NCBI RefSeq assembly: GCF_001194135.2
Contig: NC_068981.1
Coordinates: forward strand, 172,509,498-172,573,497
Source: Octopus bimaculoides
Taxonomy: Eukaryota
DNA length: 64,000 nt
Reading direction: 5' to 3'
The position numbers and the translations under genes were made by a program. Of this stretch, positions 63,757 through 64,000 are shown piece after piece; the stretch's first letter is position 1, and every line of letters begins with the position of its first letter. Below the pieces are notes generated by a model that worked only from the letters and a program-made list of their open reading frames with translations, was not told the origin of the DNA and searched no databases.

Positions 63757-64000
63757 TCATCATCATCATCGTTTAACGTTCGCTTTCCATGCTAGCATGG
63801 GTTGGACGATTTGACTGAGGACTGGTGAAACCGGATGGCAACACCAGGCTCCAGTCTGATTTGGCAGAGTTTCTACAGCTGGATGCCCTTCCTAACGCCA
63901 ACCACTCAGAGAGTGTAGTGGGTGCTTTTACGTGTCACCCGCACGAAAACGGCCACGCTCGAAATGGTGTCTTTTATGTGCCACCCGCACAAGCCAGTTC
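63757..64000 (-). mobile_element. Young RTE-tail retroposon, truncated by the window edge
   Basis: catcatcatcatcgtttaacgttcgctttccatgctagcatgggttggacg...; abuts the CR1-like fragment. Confidence 0.9.

Noticed and set aside
1-64000. Prokaryotic-type systems (CRISPR arrays, operons, rRNA, intact tRNA genes)
   Set aside because: No regularly spaced repeats with unique spacers and no rRNA-like sequence; the only tRNA-like sequences are degenerate or SINE heads.

Overview
AT-rich, repeat-dense eukaryotic genomic DNA. The repeat families and the protein sequence point to an octopus or other coleoid cephalopod. The main gene is a Munc18-1/Sec1 orthologue (STXBP1/unc-18/Rop) on the minus strand. Twelve GT-AG coding exons run from the ATG at 55006 down to 19335 and splice in frame to 1350 nt (450 aa). 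The C-terminal ~140 aa were not found in 1-19334. About 550 bp from its start codon, a probable first coding exon of a divergent plus-strand gene (MSGKAEKT|GT) suggests a bidirectional promoter. The introns contain RTE, CR1/L2-like and Penelope-like (PLE) retroelement remnants, tRNA-derived SINEs, MITEs, microsatellites, assembly gaps and many fold-back structures. The most unusual item is a ~220-bp unit with a tRNA-like Pol III head and a minimal type-I hammerhead ribozyme tail. It occurs once as a stand-alone insertion in an RTE and twice inside the long inverted termini of a head-to-head rearranged PLE. All alignments, folds and translations were done by eye; TE boundaries are approximate.
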